From an uncultured virus (IMG/VR IMGVR_UViG_3300042466_001057) (Duplodnaviria > Heunggongvirae > Uroviricota > Caudoviricetes), in the IMG/VR virus record IMGVR_UViG_3300042466_001057, positions 1 to 64,000 of that record: a stretch of 64,000 nucleotides of DNA. One strand, 5' to 3'. Below the pieces are notes generated by a model. It was not told the DNA's origin, searched no databases, and worked only from the letters and a program-made list of their open reading frames with translations. Each line of letters starts with the position of its first letter. Position 1 is the first letter of the stretch. Shown here piece after piece: positions 30,092 to 40,248 of the stretch. The translations under genes were made by a program, and so were the position numbers.

Positions 30092-30535
30092 TTATAAAAA
30101 ATTTATTAGTTTATTTATTTTATTTATTTCTTCTTTTAATGAGTCGACGGTTGTTGTGTGTTTGTCGTTCAAATTAAAAGAGTTTTTTTCGTGTGAAGAT
30201 AAAAATTGGTTTTGCATACCCGAATCTGCCTTTAATTTTTTTGAAGATTTAGTGTCTCCTCTCCATACCCTTAGTACTTCATCACACCAATTTTTCATTC
30301 TATCACCACCATTTAAAATGAATGGTGCGTCTTCTTTATTACCACCATACCCATCAAACCAATTTTTCACTCGTTTTATTTGTTGGTAGGTAATTTGTTT
30401 TTTTTGTCTTAATTCTTGATTTCTTTTATATCCTTCAGTGTTTGTGTCACCATCGGTTGACCCAAAACAATCCGCAAGATGTTTTATAAGACTATCAGGG
30501 ATTATTGCAATATTATTATATAGTTTAGAGTTCAT
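30092..30535 (-). CDS. Hypothetical protein, possibly head-associated
   Basis: 147-aa ORF with KRVKNWF...LNGGDRMKNW and a C-terminal LKEEINKINKL. Confidence 0.55.
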   Translation of the reverse strand: MNSKLYNNIAIIPDSLIKHLADCFGSTDGDTNTEGYKRNQELRQKKQITYQQIKRVKNWFDGYGGNKEDAPFILNGGDRMKNWCDEVLRVWRGDTKSSKKLKADSGMQNQFLSSHEKNSFNLNDKHTTTVDSLKEEINKINKLINFL

Positions 30536-31268
30536 CTTTAAATAATGATAATAGTTGTTTTGTTGACAAACCTTGTTTTTTTGCCATATTTTTAAGTGCG
30601 TTTATATTCCTAATTAAGATAGGGTTTAAATCTTTATCCGAACCGTCTTTATCTAACACAATATCTTCACCTAAACTCTCACTTTCATCAATACCTTTTT
30701 CTTTTAAAATGAGTCTGTCTATAAAGTTTTTTTTCTTTTTAATATTTTTTGGTGTTCTTTTATGTAAATTTGGTTTTTTTCCTTGTTGTATAGCTCTTTC
30801 TATTGCCGCATCTTTATCTAACCCTAATTCTTTTTGATAATGTTTAACGGTATCGTTGTAGTCCATAAACATGGTATCCTCAAAACCAAATGCGTCACCC
30901 ATGTCCTCTTCTTTTATTTCACCTTCACCATAATACCCATACCAACCTCTTAATAGTGGGTCTCTTGGAGTTCTGGTTTGACGCACAATTTTATCGGTGA
31001 TTGATGGGTTATCTTTCATGCCAGAACTTGCAGGATCTAATATTGGGGTTGCGTTTGATAACCAAGTCCCATCATCATCAACTAATTCCGTTACCTCAGT
31101 TTCTTTTCCTTTAGTTTCTTTTTTTGTTTTTTCTTTAAAGGTTTTCATATCCTTACACGGCATATATATTTTTTTGTCGTCCTCATTGTGAGAGTGAGAT
31201 CCAGCACAACCTAAAGTTTTTGAGACCCTTTCTGCACGTTCCTTTGTTGAATATTTATAAGTTTTCAT
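30525..31268 (-). CDS. Hypothetical protein with an N-terminal GCxGxHxH...MPC (DUF3721-like) motif
   Basis: AERVSKTLGCAGSHSH...IYMPC. Confidence 0.55.
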   Translation of the reverse strand: MKTYKYSTKERAERVSKTLGCAGSHSHNEDDKKIYMPCKDMKTFKEKTKKETKGKETEVTELVDDDGTWLSNATPILDPASSGMKDNPSITDKIVRQTRTPRDPLLRGWYGYYGEGEIKEEDMGDAFGFEDTMFMDYNDTVKHYQKELGLDKDAAIERAIQQGKKPNLHKRTPKNIKKKKNFIDRLILKEKGIDESESLGEDIVLDKDGSDKDLNPILIRNINALKNMAKKQGLSTKQLLSLFKDEL

Positions 31269-31281
31269 TCAGGCTTTTACC

Positions 31282-31308
31282 TATAAATACATCAATTAAA
31301 GTATTTAT
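31282..31308. promoter_or_regulatory. Back-to-back divergent late-promoter-like motifs
   Basis: ATAAATAC-N10-GTATTTAT forms an inverted repeat at the main strand switch, with TATTTAT on each sense strand. Confidence 0.6.
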
Positions 31309-31319
31309 CATAAAAAAGA

Positions 31320-33248
31320 ATGCCAAGTCAAAATTTAAATTCTTATTATTACCCAAAATATTCAATGAAGTTGGACTACGGTCAATATTTTGATCTAACT
31401 TTAGCTTCGGATGAAAGAAGTTATGACGAAGAGGTTGTGTTCTCAACCAAATTAATTGGAGAGGATGATGGGAATAGGTTACCAATATTTATTGATTTAA
31501 ATAATTCTGGTACAACCATACAACCAATATTAAATTATGGTGACTACATTTCCGGAAACACATTTGTTTCAAAAAACTTTTATAACCCAAAAAATTTAGA
31601 CTACAGTTGTTATACCGCATATACAGGAATTTGTGATGTTGGTCTTGTTGCTACCGATAATGGGTTGTTTACAAAAATGTCAGGAGAAACTTTATATTAT
31701 ATTAAAGGTATAGATAACACCTACAAGTTTCATCCACATTATAGAGATAGTAGGTTTAAAATGCACCCCGTACGAAGTGTGGTTGAGTCACCAAACATAA
31801 AATTTTCAGGAAGACCAAAAGATAGTGTATATAATATTGTATCAAAAAGTGCTAGTACCGTTGGTTACTATCAAGAATTATATGGGGGATTCTATCAGGG
31901 GTTTTATAAATTAAACGGATACGACTATGAGGTATTTCCAGAAAGAGTAAATAAGGGTTGGTCTGTCGAAATGATGTTAAAACCAAGAACATTCGAAGAG
32001 TATTCTTTAAACCCTATCACCGAACAGTATTTAAATGATATATACCCATCGAATGCCGGTACGTTCTTTTATTTTGGTACACGATCGGAGAATAAATATT
32101 ATCACGAAGCCAACGGATCTCCATCATCTGACTCAGGTTACACTAGAATCACAAGTGGATTGACGTGTATTGAGTCTTGTGCTTGTTCAAATACGGGAGT
32201 TACAAACGCAAATTGTATTCACGTTTACCCTAACAACGGATTTACTACGGTACACAATCTTGAATGTAATTGTGGGTGTGCAAGTACAGACATCGTACCG
32301 CTACCAGAAACCGATCCAAAATTTGATGTCTTGTCAAGTGCAATATCTTTAAGGTTTGATGGTTGTCCCGAAAACCCAAGTATTGCTGTAAAATATTTAA
32401 AAATCACAGGAGACTGCGTAACAACAGGGAGTTGTGAAACAACAGGGGTGACTTTCCAAACGGGATACACAATAACTGAAGTGATATCACAACCAATATA
32501 TGATTTATGTGGGTTTGATTGTAACGATACCACCGAAGAAAGGTGGGTTATGATTAGTGCGGTCTTTGAAAGGTATCGATATTTGGAGGATTGTGACTTA
32601 GGAAATTTAGGGGGACTTAATGATTTAAGGGTCGTTACAACGCAATCATCAATAGATGGTCAGTCATTTAAACTTATAGGTCCACCTGAAACACATTCAG
32701 GATCAACACCTGAACCAAAAGTACATAAGATTAGGTTTGACAGAAAATGGTTCGACGAATTGGGTTATAGGTTAGGTACATTAAAATTATACGTTAACGG
32801 GTATTTGTTTTTAGTTATTGAAGATTTTGAAGAAATTATACCAAGAGAATTAAATACAGAAAAAGAAAAACAGGTTGGTGTACCATTTAACGTGTCGTTT
32901 GGTGGAGGGACTCAAGGATTACATGACCATTTAATTTTTTCTGGTTGTTCAAATCCGTACGGACCATATAGACAAGATCCCGAACTATTTCCAAATAACA
33001 TATTAAGTGCAACCACCTTGTCGGGAATTTCAACAAATATATTATTAGAACAGAATTTTGGTGGAACTTTTATGGGTGGGATATCTCAATTTAGAATGTA
33101 TGTAGAACCTTTAAGTTCACCACAAATACAACATAACTTTAGAATATTAAAAGATAAATTTAATTTACTTAATTTTTGGTGTCCTAATTGCCTTTGTACC
33201 AACGAATACATTGATGGTGATTACATTGAATGTGGTTATTTTGAATAA
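31320..33248 (+). CDS. Cys-rich LamG/concanavalin-A-like virion protein
   Basis: WSVEMMLKP...WVMISAVF...LKLYVNG...FMGGISQFRMY..PL LamG pattern; about 20 Cys. Confidence 0.6.
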   Translation: MPSQNLNSYYYPKYSMKLDYGQYFDLTLASDERSYDEEVVFSTKLIGEDDGNRLPIFIDLNNSGTTIQPILNYGDYISGNTFVSKNFYNPKNLDYSCYTAYTGICDVGLVATDNGLFTKMSGETLYYIKGIDNTYKFHPHYRDSRFKMHPVRSVVESPNIKFSGRPKDSVYNIVSKSASTVGYYQELYGGFYQGFYKLNGYDYEVFPERVNKGWSVEMMLKPRTFEEYSLNPITEQYLNDIYPSNAGTFFYFGTRSENKYYHEANGSPSSDSGYTRITSGLTCIESCACSNTGVTNANCIHVYPNNGFTTVHNLECNCGCASTDIVPLPETDPKFDVLSSAISLRFDGCPENPSIAVKYLKITGDCVTTGSCETTGVTFQTGYTITEVISQPIYDLCGFDCNDTTEERWVMISAVFERYRYLEDCDLGNLGGLNDLRVVTTQSSIDGQSFKLIGPPETHSGSTPEPKVHKIRFDRKWFDELGYRLGTLKLYVNGYLFLVIEDFEEIIPRELNTEKEKQVGVPFNVSFGGGTQGLHDHLIFSGCSNPYGPYRQDPELFPNNILSATTLSGISTNILLEQNFGGTFMGGISQFRMYVEPLSSPQIQHNFRILKDKFNLLNFWCPNCLCTNEYIDGDYIECGYFE

Positions 33249-33271
33249 ACACTATATTTATTAAATAAAAA

Positions 33272-34174
33272 ATGAGTTTAGTTACAAGACAATATGGACC
33301 TGACGCTAAGGGGTCAAAATTAACCAATTTAGATATGGATAATAATTTATATTATCTACAATCTTTAGGTGTGTCTGGAATGACGTTTTCCGCAAATACT
33401 CTTACACTCACAAACCCTACCGGTGGTATAATCGCAAATGCTTTAATTGATATTAATGCTGACAGTAGGTGGTATATCCCTTCAGGTAGTACAGTTGAAA
33501 TTGGTTCGTATTCACAAAGTTTTGTGTATGGTGATCTATATGTTTTAGGTGAATTGATATTAAATGACAATTCTCAATTAATAATATTAAATGGTAATTT
33601 AATTTTAAGTGGTGGAACTATCACTGTTAGTGGTTCAGGACAAACCGTTTTGGTTGATTTGCCAACATTTGGCGATTTAATTACTTCAGGGACATACTCT
33701 GGAGGGACATTAACATTATCTACAAGTAACGGTACAGATGTTACGGTCAATGGTTTTTTTACCGGAAGTACTGACGTTTTTACAACAGGAGCATCTTACA
33801 ATAATGGTATTATTTATTTTGATACTAACGTATCACCTTCAGCATATACTGTTAATATTAGTTCATTAACTGGAGACTCAAATACGTTTTTAACAGGAGT
33901 CACCTATGATAATTTAACAAATACAATAACTTTAACGGATAATACAAACACTACTTTTAATGCGTATATTGATTCGGTTAGCGGGCTAACAGTTAACGGT
34001 AGTTTAAGTGCAACAACATTACAAACATCAAATACATATATAGAATCAACAGGATACCTTTATTTTGGTGATGATAATACCGATGGTTCGTGGAGAATGG
34101 GAATATCAGGATCTGACTTCATAGTTGAAAAAAGGGTGAGTGGTAATTGGATAATTTCAGGAACATTTAATTAA
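33272..34174 (+). CDS. Fibre protein
   Basis: N-terminal R...KGSKLTNLDMDNNL attachment-type motif and S/T/G-rich beta repeats (YSGGTLTL, YDNLTNTITL). Confidence 0.65.
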   Translation: MSLVTRQYGPDAKGSKLTNLDMDNNLYYLQSLGVSGMTFSANTLTLTNPTGGIIANALIDINADSRWYIPSGSTVEIGSYSQSFVYGDLYVLGELILNDNSQLIILNGNLILSGGTITVSGSGQTVLVDLPTFGDLITSGTYSGGTLTLSTSNGTDVTVNGFFTGSTDVFTTGASYNNGIIYFDTNVSPSAYTVNISSLTGDSNTFLTGVTYDNLTNTITLTDNTNTTFNAYIDSVSGLTVNGSLSATTLQTSNTYIESTGYLYFGDDNTDGSWRMGISGSDFIVEKRVSGNWIISGTFN

Positions 34175-34180
34175 AAAGAT

Positions 34181-34666
34181 ATGGGATTTAATACAGATAT
34201 AATAAGCGCAACAACAATAAGTGGAACAACACTCTATGGTGATGGATCTAATTTAACAGGAATCTCAAGTGGTGGAGGAACATTTTCTTTAATAGGGAAT
34301 TCTTTTTTAACAAATAGTGCAGTTAATGGTTCTGCTAGATACATATCTCCGTTAATGTCTCTTGGCATTACTAATACTGAATCAGCTAGATCGTTAGTGA
34401 TTCCCGCCACATTAACAATTGGTAAATTCTACGTATTAACTGGCGGTGTTCAACCGTCAAGTGGTAGCCATGTTTTAACAATTAGAAAAAATGGAGTATC
34501 AACAAATATTTCTATAACCATTCCTGCAGATAGTGCTAGTGGGGTATTTTCAGATTTAGTAAATACTGAAGTATTTGCGGAGGGGGACTTATTTACAATA
34601 CAAGTAGTTAATAATGCGTCTATCAGTGCAGCGGTTATTTATTCAATATCAGTAGCAAACGTATAA
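34181..34666 (+). CDS. Short fibre-related protein
   Basis: LYGDGSNLTGI fibre motif followed by a beta-sandwich-like C-terminus. Confidence 0.55.
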   Translation: MGFNTDIISATTISGTTLYGDGSNLTGISSGGGTFSLIGNSFLTNSAVNGSARYISPLMSLGITNTESARSLVIPATLTIGKFYVLTGGVQPSSGSHVLTIRKNGVSTNISITIPADSASGVFSDLVNTEVFAEGDLFTIQVVNNASISAAVIYSISVANV

Positions 34667-34766
34667 TAATTAATAGAAATTTTTATTCAACAATGTAATA
34701 TACATCATAATCTGAAACAAAAAAGAAACAAACACAAAAGTAAAGATATTTATAAATTAAAAAGAC

Positions 34767-37700
34767 ATGGGAAGAATAATACAACAAAATAATGGTAAAA
34801 CCACAATCTACGTTACGGGCGAAAATTTCAATAATTTAAGTGGGACGACTGACACTTATTACGTTGGTGTCGATTCCAATACAGGGTTATTTGAAAAGAA
34901 AAATCCTGATGGATCATTTGAAGATTTTAGTGGTGGATTATTTACAGGTGGTACCGTTACTGGGTCAACTATATTTACCAACGGTTTAACTGCAAATACA
35001 ATATCTGCAACAACATATCAAAATTTACCGTGTAATGTAGAATATATTACTTATTCTGAATTAGCAGGTAAAATAACAGGAGCAACACTATGTGAAGGAA
35101 AATATTACTTGATGACTGATTATCAAACGTGTTATGATCAACCAAACTTTGATTCTAATGGTTCGGCAATAACAACGGGTAACTATAAAACAGGAACAAC
35201 AGAACCAATATTATTGCTAGCAATATCAACAACAGGATTTTCACCTACAGTATACTCGACATTATACCCACAAGATAAAATATCTTATGATATAACTTGG
35301 GATACAACAGAAGTGACAAGTGGTCCTGCCAAAGGTAGAATTACAGAAAGAATTGATGATAAAAATAATAGAGCCGATTATGATTTTAGAGCAGTTCAAT
35401 TTATTAGATATGTTGGTTATTTTTCAGAACAATACTATGAAGGTAAAATTAATTTAGATGGTACAACCGGATTAGTTGATGGAACTGGAACAACATTTAC
35501 AAATGATTTTACTGTTGGTGATATTTTTGGAGTTTATAGTCCTGGTTTTGGATTAGGTAGTTTCCAATATTATGAAATTTCATCGATAGTTAGTAATGTT
35601 GAAATGTATGTTACAGGTAGAACTTTAACGAATGCGACCAACTCCTATTATTCTTCGGGACAGAGATTACCTGATTATATGAATCCACACCAATGTAATA
35701 TAACTGGTACAACTAATGATGAATTTGCGGAGTATTATACATTTAATGATGATGATAATTTTAACACATACTTGGGTGATTATGTTAATTACAATACTTT
35801 TATATTATCAAATAACGTTTTTCTCGACGGTTCATACAGAAATAACACATTCGGTGGGAATGTTGTAGGTAATACATTTGATGAAGATATGGACTCAAAT
35901 ATAGTTGGGCCATATTTTCAATATAATATTATAACAAATGATTTTGACAGAAATAATATAGGTTCATATTTTCAATACAACATTATTGATTGTGATATGG
36001 AATCAAATCAGATTGGTAATTATTTCGAATTTAATATGCTCGGAGATTACGATGCAGAAGATTTTGATTTTAACCGAATAGGTTCATACTTCAATAGTAA
36101 TTTTTTAACGCTTAATTATGATTTTCAAAATAATAATATTGGAGATAGTTTTTATAGTAACATCATAGATAGTGATTTCCGAAACAATACTATTGTTGGT
36201 AGCTTTAATCTAAACCTATTAATTAATAACTACTTCAATGACAATATTGTAGGTAGTGATTTTCAATATAATATCATACCAACCTCTTTTTACTCAAATA
36301 ATATAGGAGAGAATTTTGATAGTAATACAATAACCCAAAATTTTTATAACAATGAAATTGGTCCCGGATTTAATAATAATTCAATAAGTGGGGAAACATA
36401 TAACAATAGAATCGGTGAACGATTTGAAGAGAATACAATATATGGTAATTTTAATGATAACCAAATTTTCAACGAATTTAAAGGTAATATAACGTATCAG
36501 GATTTTAGTCAAAATAGAACAGATTGGGGTTTTGGAGGAAATCAAATTAGTGGGAATTGTTTCGGTAATACCTTTGGTAGTTATATATCTAGTAATGACT
36601 TTTTGGGTGATGTTTACGAAAATACATTTAAAGGTGGCGTTTTGGGCAACACTATTGGTAATAATTTTGCTAATAACAATATCGGTTATGGTTTTAGTGG
36701 TAACATAATAGGTGAAGATTTTGGAAACGGAGGTGGCTACTCACAAGGTAATATCATAGGTAATTATTTTTATGATAATACAATAGGTGAGTATTTCTAT
36801 AACAATACAATTGCTGATAATTTTTACGATAATGAAGTTGGAAATTATTTCCAATGGAATGTAATTAACACAAATATAAATGATACTTATTTTACACTTA
36901 ATTACGGAAATATCACAGGATTTAGTTATACCGCCGCAGGAACAGGGGCAACTGATACTATACACACTGATTTAACTGGAACAACAAATGGACACGGTGT
37001 TAATGCAACATTTGACGTTGAGGTTTCAGGCGGAACAGTAATTGGTGTTACAGGAGCAACGGAAGGTAGATTGTATCAAAATGATGACGAACTAACAATA
37101 CTTGGAACTCAAATTGGAGGTGTAACCGGAGTTATTGATGGATTCTCGAGCGATGCTGTCGGTAAATCAGGAACTACAGGAACATATGATAATGTATTTG
37201 CACAAGGTACTGGTGCGGGTGAGAACGGAAGTTTTAATATTATTGTTGTTGATGATTTAGTTGATAGTATATCATTAAGTGGTGGAGGAAGTTCATATTT
37301 GACTGGGGATGTATTAACTATTGACGGTAGTATATTTGGCGGTGTTGATGGTGTTGATGATATCACAATAACTGTTAGCACATTATATTCAGATGATGTT
37401 ATTATTACAGTTACCGGAACAACTCCGACACCTTTATTTTATGAGCAGTATACAAAACAAATTTTTGAAAGAAGATTAGGTAACAAAAGAGTATCTTTTT
37501 ATGATGAAGATGATATTTTAAATGTTGACTCAGTGTATGAAATCTCAGGTTATATTCCAGTGTATAGTCAATCTTTATCATTCCCTTTCAGTAGTGCGAG
37601 TTTTGAGTTTGAGTGTGATGGAAGTTATACCAATAATGGTGGAATAACCAATCAAACTGCATATACTATGACTGAATTGGTTACTTTATTTAATAGTAAC

Positions 37701-37823
37701 TTTAGACAATTTGGTTATTTCTTTGATAATAATGATGGAACAATTGGTTTGTATATAAACCCATCATTAAAACAACAGTATTGCCCAAGTGGAACATACA
37801 CAATAAATGTATTTAACGATTAA
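34767..37823 (+). CDS. Tail fibre / tailspike with an Asn-rich beta-helix
   Basis: About 11-aa N-x-I-G-x-x-F-x-x-N repeats (~35750-36880), followed by GGxxYxxGDxLTI fibre repeats. Confidence 0.7.
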   Translation: MGRIIQQNNGKTTIYVTGENFNNLSGTTDTYYVGVDSNTGLFEKKNPDGSFEDFSGGLFTGGTVTGSTIFTNGLTANTISATTYQNLPCNVEYITYSELAGKITGATLCEGKYYLMTDYQTCYDQPNFDSNGSAITTGNYKTGTTEPILLLAISTTGFSPTVYSTLYPQDKISYDITWDTTEVTSGPAKGRITERIDDKNNRADYDFRAVQFIRYVGYFSEQYYEGKINLDGTTGLVDGTGTTFTNDFTVGDIFGVYSPGFGLGSFQYYEISSIVSNVEMYVTGRTLTNATNSYYSSGQRLPDYMNPHQCNITGTTNDEFAEYYTFNDDDNFNTYLGDYVNYNTFILSNNVFLDGSYRNNTFGGNVVGNTFDEDMDSNIVGPYFQYNIITNDFDRNNIGSYFQYNIIDCDMESNQIGNYFEFNMLGDYDAEDFDFNRIGSYFNSNFLTLNYDFQNNNIGDSFYSNIIDSDFRNNTIVGSFNLNLLINNYFNDNIVGSDFQYNIIPTSFYSNNIGENFDSNTITQNFYNNEIGPGFNNNSISGETYNNRIGERFEENTIYGNFNDNQIFNEFKGNITYQDFSQNRTDWGFGGNQISGNCFGNTFGSYISSNDFLGDVYENTFKGGVLGNTIGNNFANNNIGYGFSGNIIGEDFGNGGGYSQGNIIGNYFYDNTIGEYFYNNTIADNFYDNEVGNYFQWNVINTNINDTYFTLNYGNITGFSYTAAGTGATDTIHTDLTGTTNGHGVNATFDVEVSGGTVIGVTGATEGRLYQNDDELTILGTQIGGVTGVIDGFSSDAVGKSGTTGTYDNVFAQGTGAGENGSFNIIVVDDLVDSISLSGGGSSYLTGDVLTIDGSIFGGVDGVDDITITVSTLYSDDVIITVTGTTPTPLFYEQYTKQIFERRLGNKRVSFYDEDDILNVDSVYEISGYIPVYSQSLSFPFSSASFEFECDGSYTNNGGITNQTAYTMTELVTLFNSNFRQFGYFFDNNDGTIGLYINPSLKQQYCPSGTYTINVFND

Positions 37824-37840
37824 AAAATTTAAAAAATAAA

Positions 37841-39079
37841 ATGGCAACAAAATATATTGTAAATAACGTACCGGGACAAACCATAAATGGTGATATAACC
37901 ATTAATGGAAATTTAAGTGTTACGGGTGTAACAACAGGAAGTTTAGCGACTTACAAAGCACTATTAACTCAGTTAGGTTCTCAGACCGGCACTACTTTAG
38001 GTGGTTTTGGTGGTCTTAATGATGGTTTAATTATAGGTGAAACCTATACAATAACTGATTATGTTAGTGATGATGATTTTAGTAATATTGCAAATGCGTT
38101 GAGTGGGGTTGTTCTTACATATAGTTATAGTGGAACATCGGTAACTGGGGTGACCGATACATATACTTCTGGTGGTGCCACAAGTGGTGAAGGTTCTGGT
38201 ATTGTGTTTGAAATTGTAGTAAACAATGATGCTTATGAATCAGTCAGTATCGTTACCATTGGTTATGGTTATGTAAGTGGTGATACAATAACGATATTGG
38301 GTACAAATGTTGGGGGTATCAGTCCAGATAACGACATAACAATAACTGTTGATAGCTCAACTACAGACAATCCAAATGAAACAGGATCTGTTTTTATCGC
38401 GACAGGAGAAATACCAGCAAATTGGAGTAACGGTTCTACTTTAGTATCTAGCGGTAATTTAGTAGTGACAGTATTAGAAAACAATTTGGGATTTGACATT
38501 GAGTGGGGTTATGATTTTGAATTCCAGCCAGGATTTTATTTGGGTTTTAATTCAACCACAGGTCCACTATATAATAATTTTAATAGAAACACAACATTCG
38601 TTTTAGGTGGTGGGACCGCAAGCCCGTTTTTTGGGCCTTTCTTATTAGAAACTTTTGTGTCCCCTATAAGTTTTAACGAAAAGGATGATTCAATTGTTGT
38701 TGCGGTTTTTGATTTAGACGTATTTGAGCCAGTTTCCGATAGTCTGTATTATTTTCCAGTAGAGATTCAAATTAAACAAGATTTAGATACCACACCAATT
38801 GTAATAAGTGGAACTATGGAATCATCGTTTCCTATTCCCACTGCTAGTATTGCTTTGTTTTGTAATGGAAATTTCATTCAATCACTTTACGGGGATGGTA
38901 CAGTAAATGATATGTCAGAACTTATAACTTACTTAAACTCTGAACCAAATATGAGTTATTTGGGAACATATTCTGATGCTGGAGATGGTTTTGTAAATTT
39001 AGAAATGCCAACCAACTCAGTAAATCAATTTTGTTCTAGCGGAACATTAACGTTTGAGGTATTCAACTGTTGTGTTTAA
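37841..39079 (+). CDS. Fibre-related protein paralogous to the C-terminus of 34767..37823
   Basis: TYKALLTQ, a GYGYVSGDTITI repeat and a shared C-terminal domain (MxELxxxxNS...QxCxSGTxTxxVFN). Confidence 0.65.
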   Translation: MATKYIVNNVPGQTINGDITINGNLSVTGVTTGSLATYKALLTQLGSQTGTTLGGFGGLNDGLIIGETYTITDYVSDDDFSNIANALSGVVLTYSYSGTSVTGVTDTYTSGGATSGEGSGIVFEIVVNNDAYESVSIVTIGYGYVSGDTITILGTNVGGISPDNDITITVDSSTTDNPNETGSVFIATGEIPANWSNGSTLVSSGNLVVTVLENNLGFDIEWGYDFEFQPGFYLGFNSTTGPLYNNFNRNTTFVLGGGTASPFFGPFLLETFVSPISFNEKDDSIVVAVFDLDVFEPVSDSLYYFPVEIQIKQDLDTTPIVISGTMESSFPIPTASIALFCNGNFIQSLYGDGTVNDMSELITYLNSEPNMSYLGTYSDAGDGFVNLEMPTNSVNQFCSSGTLTFEVFNCCV

Positions 39080-39113
39080 GCTTCCGTTGACTAACTTTAT
39101 AAAAATTAAAAAA

Positions 39114-39356
39114 ATGATAAAATATATTAAAAGAAAAAGTGATAATAAGTTTCTACAATCTTTAGAAAATGATGTTTGGGTTGATAACTCAAAAGACGCT
39201 TATGAAATGACATATAAAGAATGTGTGGACACAAAAACCACATTACTTAACACATATACTTCTGAAGAAATAACTGAAGTTTTTAATATGTTTAAGAGTA
39301 AACCAATGTCAAGAGAAGAAAAAAAAGAACTACTTAATCTATTAAAAAACAAGTAA
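39114..39356 (+). CDS. Hypothetical protein
   Basis: Start moved to the ATG after an A-run (MIKYIKRK). Confidence 0.55.
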   Translation: MIKYIKRKSDNKFLQSLENDVWVDNSKDAYEMTYKECVDTKTTLLNTYTSEEITEVFNMFKSKPMSREEKKELLNLLKNK

Positions 39357-39357
39357 T

Positions 39358-39624
39358 ATGAGAATCTGTATATTATGTGAAGAATCTAAAGTTTCACAAG
39401 CAAGAGAAAAAATGAAAAATGATAATATCTTAAAAATAGATTTATCACCAACAGGAGAGTTACCGGCAACTCACAAATTATGTGTTATGGCTGTAACGGA
39501 AGAAAGGGCAAAACAACTTATGGATTCTGCGGAGTTAACAATAATTGAGGCAATGAACCCAAGAGAATTTTTGGTAAAACATAACCTAAAGAAAATTGGA
39601 AAATACGGAATTAAACCCTTTTAA
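39358..39624 (+). CDS. Hypothetical protein
   Basis: 88-aa ORF with LSPTGELPATH, next to the fibre genes. Confidence 0.6.
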   Translation: MRICILCEESKVSQAREKMKNDNILKIDLSPTGELPATHKLCVMAVTEERAKQLMDSAELTIIEAMNPREFLVKHNLKKIGKYGIKPF

Positions 39625-40231
39625 GTTAAAAAAAAAATTCATCACAAACGATGAGTCAAATCAGATAGTTAATTGGATTGAATCTATTAACCACATTGGG
39701 AATGATTCAAACCACCATCTTACCGAACTATCCAAAGATTTAAATGGTAAGTCGTATATTTTTGACATATCAAATACACCATTAACTAATTACATATCAA
39801 AATTTCAATCAATATCGGATGTATCTAAAGACCCGTTACCTGATTTTATACATAATATAATAGATAAAATATCTAAAGAATTTAATTTTCCAAAAGAAAA
39901 CGTTTTTTTACAGGCGGTTGATATGAATAAAGGTGGAAAAATAAATCCACACTATGACGCATCAATTGATGGTTATGTTAACTATAAGTGTAATATAAGT
40001 GTGTTATCGGAAGATTACAAAATTTTTATAGACGGATCGTCCCCATTAATAGAACAAAAAGACCTATACTGTTTTGAGGCATCTTTATATAAACATTGGA
40101 CAGAAGAGTTTAACTCAAGACGAGTGTTTTTAAGTTTTGGATTCTTACTACCTTATGAAATTTTAAATAGGGATAAAAATGATCCGAGAGTTAGATTAAG
40201 TCAACGAATATCAAAATATTTTCAAAAATAA
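39596..40231 (+). CDS. 2OG-Fe(II) oxygenase-like protein
   Basis: INPHYD (HxD)...KHW...RVFLSFG; start codon uncertain (TTG). Confidence 0.65.
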   Translation: MENTELNPFKLKKKFITNDESNQIVNWIESINHIGNDSNHHLTELSKDLNGKSYIFDISNTPLTNYISKFQSISDVSKDPLPDFIHNIIDKISKEFNFPKENVFLQAVDMNKGGKINPHYDASIDGYVNYKCNISVLSEDYKIFIDGSSPLIEQKDLYCFEASLYKHWTEEFNSRRVFLSFGFLLPYEILNRDKNDPRVRLSQRISKYFQK

Positions 40232-40248
40232 AATACTTATTATAAGTA

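Noticed and set aside
35750..36880. AAT/AAC-rich repeat region as a possible DGR target or CRISPR-like array
   Set aside because: It is a degenerate protein-level beta-helix repeat. I saw no reverse transcriptase, no template/variable repeat pair and no identical DNA repeats with spacers.
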